A stretch of DNA of 64,000 nt. It comes from Microbacterium sp. (GTDB lineage Bacteria > Actinomycetota > Actinomycetes > Actinomycetales > Microbacteriaceae). The position numbers and the translations under genes are program-made. Location of the stretch: assembly GCA_035630115.1 (NCBI GenBank), contig DASQLG010000109.1, positions 27,600 to 91,599 on the forward strand. The letters are read 5' to 3'. This document shows, piece after piece, positions 33,876-45,401 of this stretch. The notes under the pieces were generated by a model. It saw only the letters and a list, made by a program, of their open reading frames with translations. It was not told where the DNA came from and did no database searches. Positions within the stretch are counted from its first letter, which is position 1. Every line of letters starts with the position of its first letter.

Positions 33876-34085
33876 ATGCGCGAGAGACTCTGTTCGAAAG
33901 TGGGATGCGCCCGTGAGGCCGTCTCCACCTTGACGTACGACTACCCCGATCAGATGGCGGCGCTCGGTCCGCTGGGTGCGGGGGGCGACCCGCACGCACA
34001 CGATCTCTGCGCCATCCACACCGACCGGCTGTCGATGCCGCGAGGATGGGTCGTCGTCCGCCACGAGACGATCTCTCAGCGCTAG
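33876..34085 (+). CDS. DUF3499 family small Cys/His protein
   Basis: RLCSKVGC..AVSTLTYDY..GPL...PHAHDLCAIH...PRGW. Confidence 0.85.
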   Translation: MRERLCSKVGCAREAVSTLTYDYPDQMAALGPLGAGGDPHAHDLCAIHTDRLSMPRGWVVVRHETISQR

Positions 34086-34121
34086 CGTCGCGGGTCCAGC
34101 CAGGTCTGAGAGAATGGCGGG

Positions 34122-35618
<1,497 letters not shown>

Positions 35619-35638
35619 GGCGCTCCGGCCGCGCTTCG

Positions 35639-36505
35639 TCAGCGGGCCGGGAACCCGCGCGGGACGCCGGATGCCGTCGCCGTGAGCGCCGCGACGCGCT
35701 GCAGCTCCAGCTGCAGCGCGCGCAGCTCGCGGTCGCGCCGGACGGCGACCACCGCCCGCAGGAACGTCTCGCCGTCCACGGGGGGAACCGGTGAGACGTG
35801 TGCGGACGTCTCCGCGGCGAGCGAGGCCGCCAGGCGCGCTCGCGCCGCCGGCTGCATGTCATCGGCGCTCTGCACGAACTGCGCGATGCGCCGCGTGAGC
35901 CGGTCGGGCAGTCGCGCGACATCGGCGATCGTCGCCCATGCGGCCAGAGCGGGCGGCACCGGCGGTGCCGGCGGGGGCAGGCGCGGCGTCCGGGTGCGCT
36001 CGGAGTACGTGCCCGCCATCAGATCCCCCAACCGCTGCGCCCGGGGCGTGAACGCCCCGACCAGCGCTGCCACCGCGCCGACGGTCAGCCAGATCTCGAA
36101 GACTCCGACGAGCGCGCGGATGAAGGCGTGACGGAACCCCGATGCGCCGCCGTCGGTCCGGACGATCCTCCCGCCCACGGCGAGCCTGCCGAGGCTGCGG
36201 CCGCGCGTCATGGTCTCGACCGCCGTCGGGATGACCACCATGACCGTCGCCAGGATCGTGACGGTGAGGATCGGCAGCGCCACGACATCGACGACGCTCT
36301 GACCGATCAGCCACGAGGTCACCAGCGCGAAGACGATGAACACCGCGATGCCCAGGAGCACGTCGATCAGCGTGCCGAGCGCGCGCAGGAAGAATCCGAC
36401 GGGCTGCACGTCCAGCGCGACCGCTTCACCGGTCAGCACCTCGTCCTGCTGGATCCCGATCACCCGAGCGGCAGCGGCGGCGGAATCCTGAGCGGGCATG
36501 GGCAT
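35639..36505 (-). CDS. RDD family membrane protein
   Basis: TGEAVALD, R..GTLID, GRSLGR, RHAFIR, QRLGDLMAGTY. Confidence 0.9.
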   Translation of the reverse strand: MPMPAQDSAAAAARVIGIQQDEVLTGEAVALDVQPVGFFLRALGTLIDVLLGIAVFIVFALVTSWLIGQSVVDVVALPILTVTILATVMVVIPTAVETMTRGRSLGRLAVGGRIVRTDGGASGFRHAFIRALVGVFEIWLTVGAVAALVGAFTPRAQRLGDLMAGTYSERTRTPRLPPPAPPVPPALAAWATIADVARLPDRLTRRIAQFVQSADDMQPAARARLAASLAAETSAHVSPVPPVDGETFLRAVVAVRRDRELRALQLELQRVAALTATASGVPRGFPAR

Positions 36506-36521
36506 GGGTACAGTAAATCAA
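36506..36521. promoter_or_regulatory. 16-bp bidirectional promoter with overlapping -10 hexamers
   Basis: TACAGTA gives TACAGT on plus (36509-36514, 7 nt before ATG 36522) and TACTGT on minus (36515-36510). Confidence 0.6.
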
Positions 36522-37517
36522 ATGGACCTCGACGCCCTCGCCGCAGCGCGGCGCGACGAGTGGGCCCGGCTCGACGAGCTCAGTCGCACGCGGCGTCTGA
36601 CCGGGTCCGAGGTCGACGAACTCGTCACGCGCTACCGCGCGGCATCCGCCGATCTGGCCGACATCAAGACCTCTGCCGGCCGCACCGCTCAGGGCGACCA
36701 CGTCTCGACCATGCTGGCGCGGGCGCGCCTGCGCCTGACCGGCACCCCGGAGAACGTCGCCCGGCAGATCCCGCGGTTCTTCGCACTGCAGCTGCCCGCG
36801 GCGCTCTACCGGGTGAGGTGGACGACGTCGGTGATCGCGGTCGTCTTCATCGCGGTGGTCGCGGTCGTGGCGTTCTGGGTCTCCGGCGATCCGGCACTGG
36901 TCGCCTCGCTCGGCAGCCGGGCGCAGCTCGAGTACTACGCCGAGAACCAGTTCACCGACTACTACAGCGAGAACCCCGCCGCGGTGTTCGCCGGCACCGT
37001 GTGGACCAACAACGCCTGGATCGCCGCCCAGTGCGTGCTGTTCGGCATCACCGGGGTGTGGCCGGTCATGGTCCTCGTTCAGAACGCGGTGGGAGTGGGC
37101 ACGGCCGCAGCCGTCATGCTCGCTTTCGACCGGGGCGACATCTTCCTGCTGTTCATCCTCCCGCACGGCCTGCTCGAGATCACCTGCATCTTCGTGGCGG
37201 CGGCGGCAGGACTGCACATCTTCTGGGCGTGGGTCGCGCCGGGTCGGCGATCGCGCGGAGAGGCGCTGGCTGCGGCCGGCCGGTCACTCGCGACGATCGC
37301 GGTGGGCCTGATCATCGCGCTCGCCGTCTCCGGAGCGATCGAGGGCTTCGTCACGGCTCAGCCCTGGCCGTGGCCGATCAAGATCGGCATCGGCGCCCTC
37401 GCTCTGGCGGCATTCGTCTTCTACATGGTCTTCGTCGGCGGGCGCGCGTACCGACGAGGCGAGACCGGCGACCTCACGGAGTACGAGGCCGGCACCCCCA
37501 CCCTCGTCGCGGGCTGA
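36522..37517 (+). CDS. SpoIIM-family (DUF95) membrane protein
   Basis: MDLDAL...W.RL, VWTNNAW, ILPHGLLEIT, SGAIEGFVT. Confidence 0.9.
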   Translation: MDLDALAAARRDEWARLDELSRTRRLTGSEVDELVTRYRAASADLADIKTSAGRTAQGDHVSTMLARARLRLTGTPENVARQIPRFFALQLPAALYRVRWTTSVIAVVFIAVVAVVAFWVSGDPALVASLGSRAQLEYYAENQFTDYYSENPAAVFAGTVWTNNAWIAAQCVLFGITGVWPVMVLVQNAVGVGTAAAVMLAFDRGDIFLLFILPHGLLEITCIFVAAAAGLHIFWAWVAPGRRSRGEALAAAGRSLATIAVGLIIALAVSGAIEGFVTAQPWPWPIKIGIGALALAAFVFYMVFVGGRAYRRGETGDLTEYEAGTPTLVAG

Positions 37518-37535
37518 GCACCCGCGGCCGGGATC

Positions 37536-37595
37536 GTCGACGTGCCCTGGATGCAGGTGACACGCCGGGCGCGAGCCTGCATACAGCGCAAGTAC
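37536..37595. repeat. REP-doublet-like inverted repeat, copy A
   Basis: Arms GTCGACGTGCCCTGGATGCAGGT and AGCCTGCATACAGCGCAAGTAC; related to 51792-51853. Confidence 0.6.
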
Positions 37596-37611
37596 CTGTT
37601 CTCGCGTGCGA

Positions 37612-37641
37612 AAGGGTCGGCCGCCGAAGCGGCCGACCCTT
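37612..37641 (-). terminator. Intrinsic terminator of the aquaporin gene (possibly bidirectional)
   Basis: AAGGGTCGGCCGC-loop-GCGGCCGACCCTT, 13-bp perfect stem with a cUUCGg loop on the minus strand, about 15 nt after the stop. Confidence 0.85.
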
Positions 37642-37655
37642 CCGAGAGAGTGAGC

Positions 37656-38525
37656 TCAGCGCTTCTGGGTGCCGTCGAAGAGGGCGCGGTACGCGAAGCC
37701 GGCAATCAGGGCGCCGACGATCGGGAACACGATGAACACCCAGACCTGGCTCAACGCGAGTCCGCCGCCGTAGACCGCGCTTGCGATCGAGCGGGCGGGG
37801 TTCACCGAGGCATTGTCGATCGGGATGATCGCCAGGTGGATGAGCACCAGGGTCAGGCCGATCGCGAGCCCTGCGAAGTTCGACCCTCGGGTCGAGTGGG
37901 TCACTCCGAGGATCACGATGACGAACAGGGCGGTGAACAGCACCTCGACGACGATCGCCGCGCCGAGGCCGAATCCGCCCGGGGACAGTTCGTCGTACCC
38001 GTTGCTGGCGAAGCCGCCGTCCTGGGCGTTGATGAGCCAGCCCTCCGGACCGAACAGCCCGATCAGGACGACGAGGGTCGTGGCGATGACACCGCCGACG
38101 AGCTGGGCGATGATGTAGGGGATCACGCCCTTCCACGGGAAGCGGCCCGCGGCGGCGAGGCCCAGAGTGACGGCGGGGTTGAAGTGCCCGCCCGAGATGG
38201 GGCCGAACGCGTACGCGCCCGCGATGACGGTGATGCCCACCGCGAGCGAGACGCCGACGAATCCGACGCCCTTGTTGGCGGCCTCGGTTCCCTCGCCGAA
38301 GCCGGCGGCGAACAGCGCGGTGCTGACCACGCCGAGCACGAGCAGAAGGGTGCCGAACGCCTCGGCGACGAGGGTGGCCGCGGTCGACGGGCCGGCTGGG
38401 GTGTCCACCGGGGTGTGGTGCAGATCGGTGGGCGCGACGGGCTTGTCAGGACGCGGGTCGCTCGTGGCGGGGGTGTGGTCGAGCTCGGTCGGCTCGACGG
38501 GCTTCTCAGGACGAGGGTCGGTCAT
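37656..38525 (-). CDS. aqpZ: Aquaporin (MIP family, AqpZ-like)
   Basis: AEAFGT, ISGGHFNPAVT, NASVNPARS; ATG at 38525 after AAGGAG. Confidence 0.93.
   Translation of the reverse strand: MTDPRPEKPVEPTELDHTPATSDPRPDKPVAPTDLHHTPVDTPAGPSTAATLVAEAFGTLLLVLGVVSTALFAAGFGEGTEAANKGVGFVGVSLAVGITVIAGAYAFGPISGGHFNPAVTLGLAAAGRFPWKGVIPYIIAQLVGGVIATTLVVLIGLFGPEGWLINAQDGGFASNGYDELSPGGFGLGAAIVVEVLFTALFVIVILGVTHSTRGSNFAGLAIGLTLVLIHLAIIPIDNASVNPARSIASAVYGGGLALSQVWVFIVFPIVGALIAGFAYRALFDGTQKR
38411..38520 (-). repeat. 60-bp tandem duplication in the aquaporin N-terminus
   Basis: 38411-38460 and 38471-38520 encode DPRPDKPVAPTDLHHTP and DPRPEKPVEPTELDHTP. Confidence 0.9.
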
Positions 38526-38620
38526 GACTCGAGGCTCCTTCAGTTGATTTCGAGGCGGATTGTCCACCCCGCGAGAGCCTAGAGCATGCTCAGCAATTTC
38601 CCAGGTAGCAGGTGCGGCAA

Positions 38621-38652
38621 GGCGCGGATGCCGGAAATCCGGCGTATGCGCC
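38621..38652 (-). terminator. Hairpin downstream of the DUF58 gene
   Basis: GGCGCGGATGCCGGA-aa-TCCGGCGTATGCGCC, 20 nt after the stop at 38672. Confidence 0.6.
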
Positions 38653-38671
38653 GGGTCGGAGTGCACGCGAG

Positions 38672-40033
38672 TCAGAGCCGGCCGGTCGCCTTGAGCTCGA
38701 GGTAGCGGTCGGCGATGCGTGGCGGCAGCGCCTCCGCGTCGGCGGCGATCGCCTCGGCTCCGGCTCGGCCGATCGCCGCCGCGACCTGCAGGGCGTCACG
38801 CGCGCCGCGCTCGGCGGCGGCTGCGCGGTACACGGCCACGGCATCGCGGTGCTCTCCCGGTTCCGGGTCGGCCGGGCTCACGCGCCCGGAGGCTCCGCGC
38901 GGCGCGCCAGCGCCGAGCGGAGGGGGCGTGGGGACCGTGACTGTCCCGACCAGGACGTGCGCGCGTCGTGACAGGGCAGGGAGCGACCCCAGGAAGCCCC
39001 GCGCCGCCTCGGGTGCGTCCTGCGCCGTCAGCAGCACGACGAGTGACGGCCGCGATGTCAGCGCGCGGACCTGGGCGAAAGCGGCATCCCAGTCCGTGTC
39101 GATCAGCTGCGGCTCTACCGGCGCCATCGCATCCACGAGCGCGGGCAGGAGCGCGGGCCCGTCCACGCGCGTGACCCGGGCGCGCGCAACGCGGTCGAAC
39201 ATCAGCAGGTGCGTGTGGTCGCCCGCTCGGGTGGCGAGGGCGGCCAGCAGGAGCGCCGCCTCCATCGCGGCATCCAGTCGCACGCCGTCGCCGACCCGGG
39301 CGGCGGCCGTGCGTCCGGTGTCGATCACGATCACCACGTGGCGGTCGCGCTCCGGCCGCCACGTGCGGAGCATCGTGGTGCCGGCGCGAGCCGTCGCCCG
39401 CCAGTCGATCGAGCGCACGTCGTCGCCGCGCACGTACTCGCGCAGGCTGTCGAACTCGGTGCCCTGCCCTCGCACCTGCACGCTCGTGTTGCCGTCCAGC
39501 TCGCGCAGGCGAGCCAGGCGTGACGGCAGGTGCCGGCGCGACGTGAAGGGCGGCAGCACCCGCAGCGTGCCGGGTGCGGAGAGCCGCGCCTGCCTCCCGG
39601 CCATCCGCAGCGGCCCGTCCGAGCGGACGACGACGAACTCCGAGCGCAGCTCACCCCGGCGGCGGGGGAGCAGCCGCACGACGAGCCGCCGCCGCTCGCC
39701 GGCGGGCAGGTCGATCACCGCTCGGTCCGCGGGCGCGCCTGCGGTCGGCTGCCAGGCATCGCGAACCCTCCCGCGGATCCGGCGCTCGCCCGTATTCTGC
39801 AGCCACAGCTCCGTCTCGACCCCCTGACCGAGGAGAGCCCGGCGCGGGATCCGCCGCTGCACGTGGATGCGGCGCGGGTCGGCCGCGGAAGCGGCATCCG
39901 CGAACGCCGCCACTGCGCACACCACGATCCAGCCGGCGGCCGCGATCCAGGCGTCGACGCCGGCGATCGCCAGCAGCACGACGGGCACGGCGCCGAGGGC
40001 GACGAGCAGGGGAAGGCGGCCGGTGATGTACAA
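38672..40033 (-). CDS. DUF58 (vWA-like) protein
   Basis: GQGTEFDSLREYVRGDDVRSIDWRATAR, IVIDTGR; TTG start after GGAG. Confidence 0.92.
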   Translation of the reverse strand: MYITGRLPLLVALGAVPVVLLAIAGVDAWIAAAGWIVVCAVAAFADAASAADPRRIHVQRRIPRRALLGQGVETELWLQNTGERRIRGRVRDAWQPTAGAPADRAVIDLPAGERRRLVVRLLPRRRGELRSEFVVVRSDGPLRMAGRQARLSAPGTLRVLPPFTSRRHLPSRLARLRELDGNTSVQVRGQGTEFDSLREYVRGDDVRSIDWRATARAGTTMLRTWRPERDRHVVIVIDTGRTAAARVGDGVRLDAAMEAALLLAALATRAGDHTHLLMFDRVARARVTRVDGPALLPALVDAMAPVEPQLIDTDWDAAFAQVRALTSRPSLVVLLTAQDAPEAARGFLGSLPALSRRAHVLVGTVTVPTPPPLGAGAPRGASGRVSPADPEPGEHRDAVAVYRAAAAERGARDALQVAAAIGRAGAEAIAADAEALPPRIADRYLELKATGRL

Positions 40034-40139
40034 AGGTCTCCTGACTGGTTCGGATCTCGATACGCTCGCTGACGCTCGCTACTCGATCTTGACCCGATCC
40101 GCATCAACGCGGGCTGCGCTCGCATTGATCCGGATCGCG

Positions 40140-41149
<1,010 letters not shown>

Positions 41150-41153
<4 letters not shown>

Positions 41154-42352
41154 CGGCTGTTCCTTTCGGGACGCACGTTGTTCGGACGCACACTCGCGTG
41201 CACGGCCTCCTCGAGAACGCGCAGCCTTTGGTCGAGGGCGACCAGCTGTGCGTCGGTATGGGGGAGTTCGTCGATCAGGATGCTGCGGACCGCGCCGCGG
41301 TCGACGCGGGTTCGGGCAGCCGCCGCATCCGCGATCTCCTCGGCCGAGGCCGTGGGTCCGAGTCCCAGCATCCGTCCCAGGCGGCTGAGCGTTCCGATGC
41401 GCAGCTGGTCGGCCGCATGGAGGGCGTCGCGTGCCTGGGCGTACAGCCTGCCCCGCCCCTCGGTCGTCTCCGCGGCGCGCACCGTGACCGGCAGCTTCTC
41501 GGCCACGAGCGGTCCGAAGCGGCGACCGCGCCAGATCCCCGCGGCGATTCCCGCGACCAGCAGCAGCACGATGACGGGGCTCACCCACGGCGGCGTCAGC
41601 TCGCCGAGGGTCGGATCGCCCGCAGGCAGATCGGTGTCGCCGATGCCAGGCATGTACCAGACGAGAGTGGGATGCCGCCCCAGGATGTTCGCGGCCAGTG
41701 CAGCGTTGCCGCCCTCGGCGAGATGCTCGTTCGTGAACAGCGCGCGAGAATCGACCGCGACGACGCGGGCGTCGTCCTGCTCGGTGACGAGGAGCCCGTA
41801 CCCGCCGCCGGTGGGATAGCAGGCGACCGTCTGCGCACCGGGCAGATAGATGGCACCCGGCGTGATCGCTCCGGCGCGATCGGCTTCGGCAAGCTCGCAG
41901 TCCGGGTCCACCGCGCTGCCGGGGCCCACGCCGTGCGTGGTCGCGCCGGGCAGGAGGAGCCGCAGGGTGCGGGCGCGCGGGTCGAGGAGGACGACGTCGC
42001 GTGCGGCATCCGTCACCGCGATCAGGGCGTCGTCCGAGAGGGCGGGCGCATCGGCGATGGCCAGCGTCGCGGTCCCTTCGGCGAGGGCCGCATCGGCGGC
42101 CGCGCGGTCGCGCACCACGACGACATCCACGCCGTGCTCGCGCAGGATCTCGGCGAGAGCCCTGGTTCCCGACGGTCCGGTCGATTCCGGATCGAGCGCG
42201 TCGCGCTGGGTCCACTCCCCGATGCCCCCGAGCACCGACCCGGCGATGCCGACTCCGATGAGCGCCACCGCGATCACGACCCATGTCGTCACTCTGCGTC
42301 GTCGACCGGGCGGGGCCGGGGGTGCGGCGGCCTCGGTGATCGACGCGGTCAC
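41150..42352 (-). CDS. DUF4350 domain membrane protein
   Basis: GTRALAEIL, FTNEHL...NAALA, WRGRRFGPLVAE.LPV.VRA.ET.EG.GRLY; position in the MoxR operon. Confidence 0.85.
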
Positions 42353-42362
42353 GGTGCAACCC

Positions 42363-43040
42363 TCACGAGTTCGCCCCCGACAGCTCGTGCAGCACCGGTC
42401 GCGTCGCGGTGACGGTGTCGTCCACGGCGGCGATCCGCCGGTACAGCTCCTCCGTCCCCGGCCGCCGCAGATACCGGACGTCGTCGAAGGCCGCGGCAGC
42501 CGACTCGAGTTCGTCCGCCGACGCGGGGAAGCCCCGCGCGGCGGCGCGCGCGAAGGCGTGCACCGTGGCCCCCGGCGGAGTGTCGACGGCGCCGCGTTCG
42601 ACCAGTCCGCGTGCGAGCGCGCGGAAGCGCAGCACGATCGCCGCGTCCCACTCCCCCTTCGCGGCGCGGGATGCGGCGTCCCGGCGCAGCTCGGCAGCGC
42701 TGCGCTGCTCGTCGACGCCGAACAGGTCGGCGCCCGGCCGCGCCCGGCCGGTCGCGCGCGGCACGCCCCACACCAGGAAAGCTGCGGCGATGACGAGGAC
42801 GACCACGATCGCCGCGATGAGCGCGACCCACGGACCCCAGTCGCCGGAGAGCTGCGTGCCGAACAGCGACTCGATGAACTCGGCTACGGCCTGCGCGATG
42901 CGGTCGAGCGGCGTGGGCTCGGCGGCTGCGTAGGCGGGCTCGGAGAGCTCTCGCTCCGCCCATTCGCGCGCCTCGTCGCCATCCGGGGTCAGCGGCGGCA
43001 CCGCTGCGCCGAGGCGGGGGAGGGCGCCGGCTACGACCAC
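42363..43040 (-). CDS. DUF4129 domain protein
   Basis: PDGDEAR.WA.REL..P.Y, a TM, RFRALAR.L.ER, PGAT, FDDVRY; start approximate (GTG 43040). Confidence 0.82.
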   Translation of the reverse strand: MVVAGALPRLGAAVPPLTPDGDEAREWAERELSEPAYAAAEPTPLDRIAQAVAEFIESLFGTQLSGDWGPWVALIAAIVVVLVIAAAFLVWGVPRATGRARPGADLFGVDEQRSAAELRRDAASRAAKGEWDAAIVLRFRALARGLVERGAVDTPPGATVHAFARAAARGFPASADELESAAAAFDDVRYLRRPGTEELYRRIAAVDDTVTATRPVLHELSGANS

Positions 43041-44464
43041 GGCGATTCGGGATCGACCGCGTCGCCGGACGCGCCGGGTGCGGTCCACCGGTCTGGCGCG
43101 GCGGGAGGCTCGTCTTTGCGCACCGGCGGTGGCGGTGGCGGCGGTGGGGGCGCCGCGTACGGCGGAGGAGCAGGATGAGGCGGGCCCGAGGGGTAGCCCT
43201 CCTGCTGCGGCGCGTACCCCTGCTGCGGAACGAATCCGGGCTGCGGCGCGAATCCGGGTTGCGGGGTGTATCCGGGCTGCGGAGTGTATCCGGGTTGCGG
43301 GGCGAATCCGGGTTGCGGGGTGTACGCCTGTCCCGGGTACGCCTGACCCGGATGCGGGTAGGCCGGGGGATGACCCGGCCCGGCCGGATAGCCCGGCGCC
43401 GGGTACGCCACAGGACGTGGGGCGATCACGCGGCCGATGTTCTCCTGATAGGGATCCGCGAGGCCGACGCCACCGGCATCCCGCCGCTCGATGTAGGTCA
43501 GCAGATCGATGTCGAGGCCTTCGCGGCGCATGCGGCAGTCGATGTAGATGATCGCGGTCGCCGTCGCCTGCACCACGACGGCCACTGACTGGATGAGGAG
43601 GGTCACCACCTGCGTCAGCACGACGGCGACCACGATTCCGATGATGGCGCTCGGATCGGGGTCGCCTGTCGGGGCGATGATCGTCGTCAGGCCGGTCGTC
43701 AGGAACGAGAACGGGATGCTGACGACCTGTGCGATCGCGCCGAAGACGAGCGAGATGAGCACGATGATCCCGAGCGCCGGCCAGAAGCGTCCGCGGATGA
43801 GCGTCCATGACCGGCCGATCGCGCCGCGGATCGTCGCGTGTTCGAGGATGATCGCGGCCGGCACGAGCAGCAGCTTCGTGGTGAGCCACAGTGTGAGGGG
43901 GATCGCGGCGAGGATGACGAGAACCGTGAGGCCCACCGCCACGGGCAGCGCCGCGAAGCCGATCGCGATGATCGCGCCGGCGACGACCGCGATCAGCAGG
44001 GTCGCAGCCAGCGCGAGCAGGAACGAGTAGCCGATCAGCCGCCAGAGCACCGGCTTGACCTGCTGCCAGACGGCACGCAGCGTGAGCTTCTCGGCGACGG
44101 CGGCGTGCGCGACCTCGGTCACGACCACTCCCTGCACGATCACCGCGAGCGCCCCGGCGGCGAGCCCGAGGACGATGCCGGCGATGGCGGTGAGGGCGAT
44201 CGATCCGGCCATCACCGCATCGAACTCGTCGGTTCCGGGACTGAGCGTGTCCAGCCGGGTGAACGATGCGGCAGCGACCGCGCCGACGCCGAGGAGGACG
44301 AGCAGATACGCGGCGGTCTGCACGCACAGCGCGAAGCCGAGCAGCACGCGCGGATTCTGCCGCAGGGCGGCGAACGAACGGCCGAGAATCATGCCGAACG
44401 TGAGCGGTCGGAGCGGGATGATCCCTGGGCGGGATGCCGGCGTCCAGGCCGGATAGGCGGTCAC
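43031..44464 (-). CDS. Membrane protein with a Pro/Gly/Gln/Tyr-rich C-terminal tail (first gene of the MoxR operon)
   Basis: PGIIPLRPL.FG.IL, RSWTL.RGRFW, LIYID.RMRREGLD-like motif; GTG at 44464 after GAGGAG. Confidence 0.8.
   Translation of the reverse strand: MTAYPAWTPASRPGIIPLRPLTFGMILGRSFAALRQNPRVLLGFALCVQTAAYLLVLLGVGAVAAASFTRLDTLSPGTDEFDAVMAGSIALTAIAGIVLGLAAGALAVIVQGVVVTEVAHAAVAEKLTLRAVWQQVKPVLWRLIGYSFLLALAATLLIAVVAGAIIAIGFAALPVAVGLTVLVILAAIPLTLWLTTKLLLVPAAIILEHATIRGAIGRSWTLIRGRFWPALGIIVLISLVFGAIAQVVSIPFSFLTTGLTTIIAPTGDPDPSAIIGIVVAVVLTQVVTLLIQSVAVVVQATATAIIYIDCRMRREGLDIDLLTYIERRDAGGVGLADPYQENIGRVIAPRPVAYPAPGYPAGPGHPPAYPHPGQAYPGQAYTPQPGFAPQPGYTPQPGYTPQPGFAPQPGFVPQQGYAPQQEGYPSGPPHPAPPPYAAPPPPPPPPPVRKDEPPAAPDRWTAPGASGDAVDPESPWS
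43198..43330 (-). repeat. 18-bp coding tandem repeat (PQPG[FY][ATV], about 7 units)
   Basis: YTPQPGFAPQPGYTPQPGYTPQPGFAPQPGFVPQQGYAPQQ. Confidence 0.9.
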
Positions 44465-44713
44465 GGATGCCCTCCTCGTGCAGTCTGATCCCCTTCTGGG
44501 GCTCCGCCCCAGACCCCCGGCTCGCTGACGCGCGCCAGGCGGGCTGAGAGTCCCTATCGTGTCACACCGCGCCGGCGCGCCCTCCGCCCCGCGGCGGGCG
44601 CTCGGCGGGTGTTCGGCGTGCCCACAGCGCGGTCCACTACTCTGTGGGGAGCGCACGGGGACGCGCGAGAAGCGCCGTGCCCCCGGCCGGACGCAAAGGA
44701 CGTAACGCGCGAG

Positions 44714-45394
44714 ATGACATCACGCATCCTGGTGGTCGACGACGACACCGCCCTCGCCGAGATGATCGGCATCGTGCTGCGCACGGAGGGGTTCGAGACG
44801 GTGTTCTGCGCCGACGGTTCCAAGGCGGTCGACATCTGGCGCACGGAGCGTCCGGACCTCATCCTGCTCGACCTCATGCTGCCCGGAATGGACGGCATCG
44901 AGATCTGCAACCGGGTGCGGGCCGAGTCCGGGGTGCCGATCATCATGCTCACCGCGCGCACCGACACCGCCGATGTCGTGAAGGGTCTCGAATCCGGCGC
45001 CGACGACTACATCGTCAAGCCCTTCAACCCGAAGGAGCTCGTCGCCCGGATACGCACCCGCCTGCGGCCCGCGGCGCAGTCGGTCAACGAGACGCTGCGC
45101 ATCGGCGACCTCACGGTCGACGTCGCCGCACACGAAGTGCGGCGCGACGACGCCCCGATCGCATTGACCCCCCTCGAGTTCGAGCTGCTGGTCGCCCTGG
45201 CCTCCAAGCCCCAGCAGGTCTTCTCCCGCGAGATGCTGCTCGAACAGGTCTGGGGCTACCACTACAAGGCAGACACGCGGCTCGTGAACGTCCACGTCCA
45301 GCGCCTGCGCGCGAAGGTCGAGCTCGACCCCGACAACCCCAAGATCGTCACGACAGTGCGCGGAGTCGGCTACCGCGCCGGCGCCGTGGTGTGA
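44714..45394 (+). CDS. mtrA: Two-component response regulator MtrA
   Basis: ILVVDDDTALAEM, LLDLMLPG, WGYHYKADTRLVNVHVQRLRAKVE.DP; precedes mtrB-lpqB. Confidence 0.96.
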   Translation: MTSRILVVDDDTALAEMIGIVLRTEGFETVFCADGSKAVDIWRTERPDLILLDLMLPGMDGIEICNRVRAESGVPIIMLTARTDTADVVKGLESGADDYIVKPFNPKELVARIRTRLRPAAQSVNETLRIGDLTVDVAAHEVRRDDAPIALTPLEFELLVALASKPQQVFSREMLLEQVWGYHYKADTRLVNVHVQRLRAKVELDPDNPKIVTTVRGVGYRAGAVV

Positions 45395-45401
45395 GGCCCG
45401 G

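Noticed and set aside
34086-34121. Possible SAH riboswitch upstream of ahcY
   Set aside because: Only 36 bp of intergenic DNA, with a GAGAAT hexamer 6 nt before the ATG; no room for the aptamer.
36522-37517. SpoIIM and WhiB as evidence of sporulation
   Set aside because: Both families are widespread in non-sporulating actinobacteria.
43198-43330. Tandem repeat considered as a CRISPR array
   Set aside because: In-frame 18-bp coding units with no unique spacers and no cas genes.
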